Assembly (NCBI GenBank): GCA_002269645.1
Contig: NIVC01001446.1
Span: 124,001 to 188,000 of the forward strand
DNA length: 64,000 nt
DNA from: Macrostomum lignano
Lineage: Eukaryota
Direction of reading: 5' to 3'
Shown here: in pieces, positions 60,592 to 64,000 of the stretch
Layout of the letters: each line of letters begins with the position of its first letter
How positions within the stretch are numbered: the first letter of the stretch is position 1
The notes under the pieces: model-generated
Databases searched by the model: none
Told to the model about the DNA's origin: nothing
What the model saw: the letters and a program-made list of their open reading frames with translations, nothing else
Made by a program: the position numbers and the translations under genes

Positions 60592-60940
60592 CAACAGTAT
60601 CCCTGGACGCCGCCGTGGTGGCATCTGGCCGAGGCCGCTCTGAGTTGGCCAGCCTGGCGTCTTCACTGCTGGTGTCCAGGAAGGACGGAGCTCCGGGCAT
60701 GAGCAGGCGGGTGAGCTGCTTGGTCGCTGCGTCTGTCACGGCGCGCAGGCTGACCGGAATCGACGCCCTCTCGTCTGCCTCGGCAGGGCCCACTTGCTGG
60801 ACAGCTTCTATGGAGTCCATGGAGATTTCTCCGTCGGAATCGCTGTCGTACGTGTGGCGGCCGCCGCGGTACGGGCCAAGGATGAACTTGCGGAGCTGCT
60901 GAGGCTGCGGCTGCGGCTGAGGCTGAGGCTGCGGCTGCTG
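60592..60940 (-). CDS. PLD: Phospholipase D loop exon (QQPQPQ..SRDTV)
   Basis: TTAAG|CAG (phase 0), G|GTAAGC (phase 1), GC-rich open frame. Confidence 0.75.
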
Positions 60941-60945
60941 CTTAA

Positions 60946-62203
60946 GTGAGTGAGTTCATGAGTGAGTTCATGAGTGAGTTCATGAGTGACTTCATGAGTG
61001 ACTTCATGAGTGAGTTCATGAGTGAGTTCATGAGTGAGTTCATGAGTGACTTCATGAGTGACTTCATGAGTGACTTCATGAGTGAGTTCATGAGTGAGTT
61101 CATGAGTGAGTTCATGAGTGAGTTCATGAGTGAGTTCATGGGTGAGTTAATGAGTGATTTTATGAGTGAGTTCATAAGTGAGTTCATGAGTTCATGAGTG
61201 AGTTCATGAGTGAGTTCATAAGTGAGTTCATGAGTGAGTTCATAGGTGAGTTTATGAGTGAGTTCATGAGTGAGTTCATGAGTGAGTTCATGAGTTCATG
61301 AGTGAGTTCATGAGTGAGTTCATGAGTGAGTTTATGAGTGAGTTCATGAGTGAGTTCATGAGTGAGTTTATGAGTGATTTTATGAGTGAGTTCATAAGTG
61401 GGTTCATGAGTGAGTTCATGAGTGAGTTCATGAGTGAGTTCATGGGTGAGTTCATAGGTGAGTTTATGAGTGAGTTCATGAGTGAGTTCATTAGTGAGTT
61501 CAAAAGTGAGTTCATGAGTGAGTTCAAAAGTGAGTTCATGAGTGAGTTCATGAGTGAGTTCATGAGTGAGTTCATGAGTGAGTTCATGAGTGAGTTCATG
61601 AGTGAGTTCATGGGTGAGTTCATGAGTGAATTCATGAGTGAGTTCATGAGTTCATGAGTGAGTTCATGAGTGGGTTCATGAGTGAGTTCATGGGTGAGTT
61701 CATGAGTGAGTTCATGGGTGAGTTCATAGGTGAGTTCATAAGTGAGTTCATGAGTGAATTCATGAGTGAGTTCATGAGTTCATGAGTGAGTTCATGAGTG
61801 GGTTCATGAGTGAGTTCATGGGTGAGTTCATGAGTGAGTTCATGGGTGAGTTCATAGGTGAGTTCATAAGTGAGTTCATGAGTGAATTCATGAGTAAATT
61901 CATGAGTGAGTTCATGAGTTCATGAGTGAGTTCATGAGTGGGTTCATGAGTGAGTTCATGGGTGAGTTCATGAGTGAGTTCATGAGTGAGTTCATGGGTG
62001 AGTTAATGAGTGGTTTCATGAGTGAGTTCATGAGTGAGTTCATGAGTGGGTTCATGAGTGAGTTCATGGGTGAGTTCATGAGTGAGTTCATGAGTGAGTT
62101 CATGGGTGAGTTAATGAGTGGTTTCATGAGTGAGTTCATGAGTAAGCTCATGGGTGAGTTCATGGGTGAGTTCATGGGTGAGTTCATGGGTTAATGAGTG
62201 AGT
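60946..62203. repeat. 12-bp intronic minisatellite (ATGAGTGAGTTC)n, about 105 copies
   Basis: Fills PLD intron 60941-62208 to within about 5 nt of both splice sites. Confidence 0.96.
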
Positions 62204-62208
62204 GACAC

Positions 62209-62538
62209 CTTCATGACCACGCTGTTTAACTTCGGCTGCCCAGCGACAAAATTCGAAGACTTTTTCAGCCGACGCGAGCCGTCCAGGTCGGCGCTGGACA
62301 AGTCGAGCGCCTTCTTGCGCAGCGCGTTTGCCGCAACGGCGGCCGCCCGCACGGCAGCGGTGGCGGCAGCGTGCGGCTGCTCATGCGTCTCCGTCGTTGA
62401 GGCGGCCGTTGCGTCGCCGAAGTCGCCGCCAAGCTGTCGGCGAAGGAAACCGAGCAGGCGGGACAAGCGCCAGATTGGCACCACGGAGACGTGATTGAGG
62501 CGCTGCTCCATCTCGGCCGAGAGCCGGACGTGCTCCAG
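62209..62538 (-). CDS. PLD: Phospholipase D loop exon (LEHVRLSAEME..NSVVMK)
   Basis: CCGCAG|CTG and AAG|GTGTCA, phase 0/0. Confidence 0.75.
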
Positions 62539-62571
62539 CTGCGGGGTTGATTCGGGTATCATGTTCGGAAT

Positions 62572-62840
62572 TAGATGAGTCATGCAAAGAAGTCGGAGAT
62601 GAGCCATACAAATAAGTCGGAGATGAATCATACAAATAAGTCGGAGATGAATCATACAAATAAGTCGGAGATGAGTCATACAAATAAGTCGGAGATGAGT
62701 CATACAAATAAGTCGGAGATGAGTCATACAATGAGTCAGCAATTAATCATGCAAAAAGTCGGAGATGACTCATACAATGAAGTCGAAGATGAGCCTTGGA
62801 CAATAAAGTTCGAGAGGAATCATAAGTAAGTCGGAGATAA
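62572..62840. repeat. 24-bp intronic minisatellite AAGTCGGAGATGAGTCATACAAAT, about 10 copies
   Basis: PLD intron 62539-63003. Confidence 0.88.
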
Positions 62841-63003
62841 GTCATTATTAGGCCATAATTGGGTCATTGACGACATGATAATACGCAAGTACTTAATGAC
62901 TAGTGCATTATATCTGTGATAAAAGTCATTTGTTAAGCAGAGTTTAGCGAATTTAGCGAGTTTAGTAAGCAAAAGTCAGTAGTATACAGCGCGTTCAACC
63001 TAC

Positions 63004-63075
63004 AATTTCATCGTCTGGAAAGAAGGACAGAAGGTAGTGCAGCAGGTCGGTGTGAATGTCGGGCGTTCGGTAGGG
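63004..63075 (-). CDS. PLD: Phospholipase D small exon (PYRTPDIHTDLLHYLLSFFPDDEI)
   Basis: TTTCAG| and |GTAGGT, 72 nt, phase 0/0. Confidence 0.68.
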
Positions 63076-63151
63076 CTGAAAGCAGATCCAACCACGTTCG
63101 ACGATTTAAATTGGCGCCTAAAATTAAGCACACTAATTGAAATAATCCTAC

Positions 63152-63221
63152 CTCAAATGACGGATTCAGAGTCGGTATGTTGACGTCGAATTCTGTGATG
63201 TTGACGCCATTGTCTAAAATT
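63152..63221 (-). CDS. PLD: Phospholipase D small exon (ILDNGVNITEFDVNIPTLNPSFE)
   Basis: TTTAG|A (phase 2) gives EHPILD, matching PLD EHRLTD. Donor GAG|GTAGGA. Confidence 0.7.
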
Positions 63222-63249
63222 CTAAATATGAATTTAGGACCTTAAAATC

Positions 63250-63452
63250 CCACACCCAGTCTATCCCACACCCAGTCTATCCCACACGCAGTCTATCCCA
63301 CACCCAGTGTATCCCACACGCAGTCTGTCCCACACCCAGTCTATCTCACACGCAGTCTATCCCACACCTAGTCTATCGCACAACCAGTCTATCCCACACC
63401 CAGTCAATCTCACACCCAGTCTATCCCACACCCAGTCTATCCCACACCCAGC
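63250..63452. repeat. 16-bp intronic minisatellite CCCACACCCAGTCTAT, about 12 copies
   Basis: Fills PLD intron 63222-63466. Confidence 0.92.
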
Positions 63453-63466
63453 CTATTGAATCTCAC

Positions 63467-63744
63467 GGATGCTCTGGAATGTCCCAGCGGCCCCAGCAGA
63501 GGTCCAGACCGCCAAAGAAAGCCACCTTCTGATCAATGATGGCGAGTTTTTCGTGATGAGAGTAGAGATACTCGTTCACCAGACCCTTTTGGGGGTTCAG
63601 CGAGCGTCTCGGGTGCAGGATGATGTGGATGTTCTTGGTCTTGCGCAGCTTCTCGTACAGGCACTTGCGAGTGTACTGCGAGTGGTTGTTGAGGACGTTC
63701 GTCAGCTCTGAGTAGATTAGGATGTAGATCTGCACGTTGTAGGT
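63467..63744 (-). CDS. PLD: Phospholipase D, exon with first HKD motif (gene continues beyond window)
   Basis: [45 protein letters not shown]|ACC (phase 0), CC|GTGAGA (phase 2). The twelve exons total 3558 nt, a multiple of 3. Confidence 0.95.
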
Positions 63745-63779
63745 CTAAAAGTTTGGGGCGGGCGATAGGACTTGTGAGA

Positions 63780-64000
<221 letters not shown>

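Overview
Eukaryotic (metazoan) genomic DNA with GC-rich exons and AT-rich or repeat-filled introns. The style best fits a free-living flatworm such as Macrostomum, but this is inference only. Six protein-coding genes were assembled by hand, all on the minus strand, with phase-consistent GT-AG splicing: (1) a single-exon secreted Gly/Tyr-rich protein (3435-3989); (2) a five-Tudor-domain protein carrying a coding Gln-rich minisatellite (5618-11873, 5' end unresolved); (3) a C2 + FIP-RBD Rab11-FIP-like gene (27057-30859, 5 exons); (4) an intronless Maf bZIP factor (33599-34318); (5) a FMRFamide-receptor-like peptide GPCR (42073-45851); (6) the 3' 12 exons of a PLD1/2-type phospholipase D (49755-63744). 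There are also two copies of a tRNA-headed CORE-like SINE and about 35 micro/minisatellite arrays. Nearly every long intron holds its own private tandem repeat. The most unusual signal is in PLD, where some arrays match its splice junctions. One 25-bp array is the exon end plus 5' splice site repeated about 27 times. Two related arrays in inverted orientation flank a pair of exons, and one of them contains perfect 15-nt antisense copies of the 3' splice junction. Most long ORFs in the supplied track are repeat-translation artefacts. No CRISPR array, rRNA or intact tRNA was found. Repeat boundaries and copy numbers are hand estimates.
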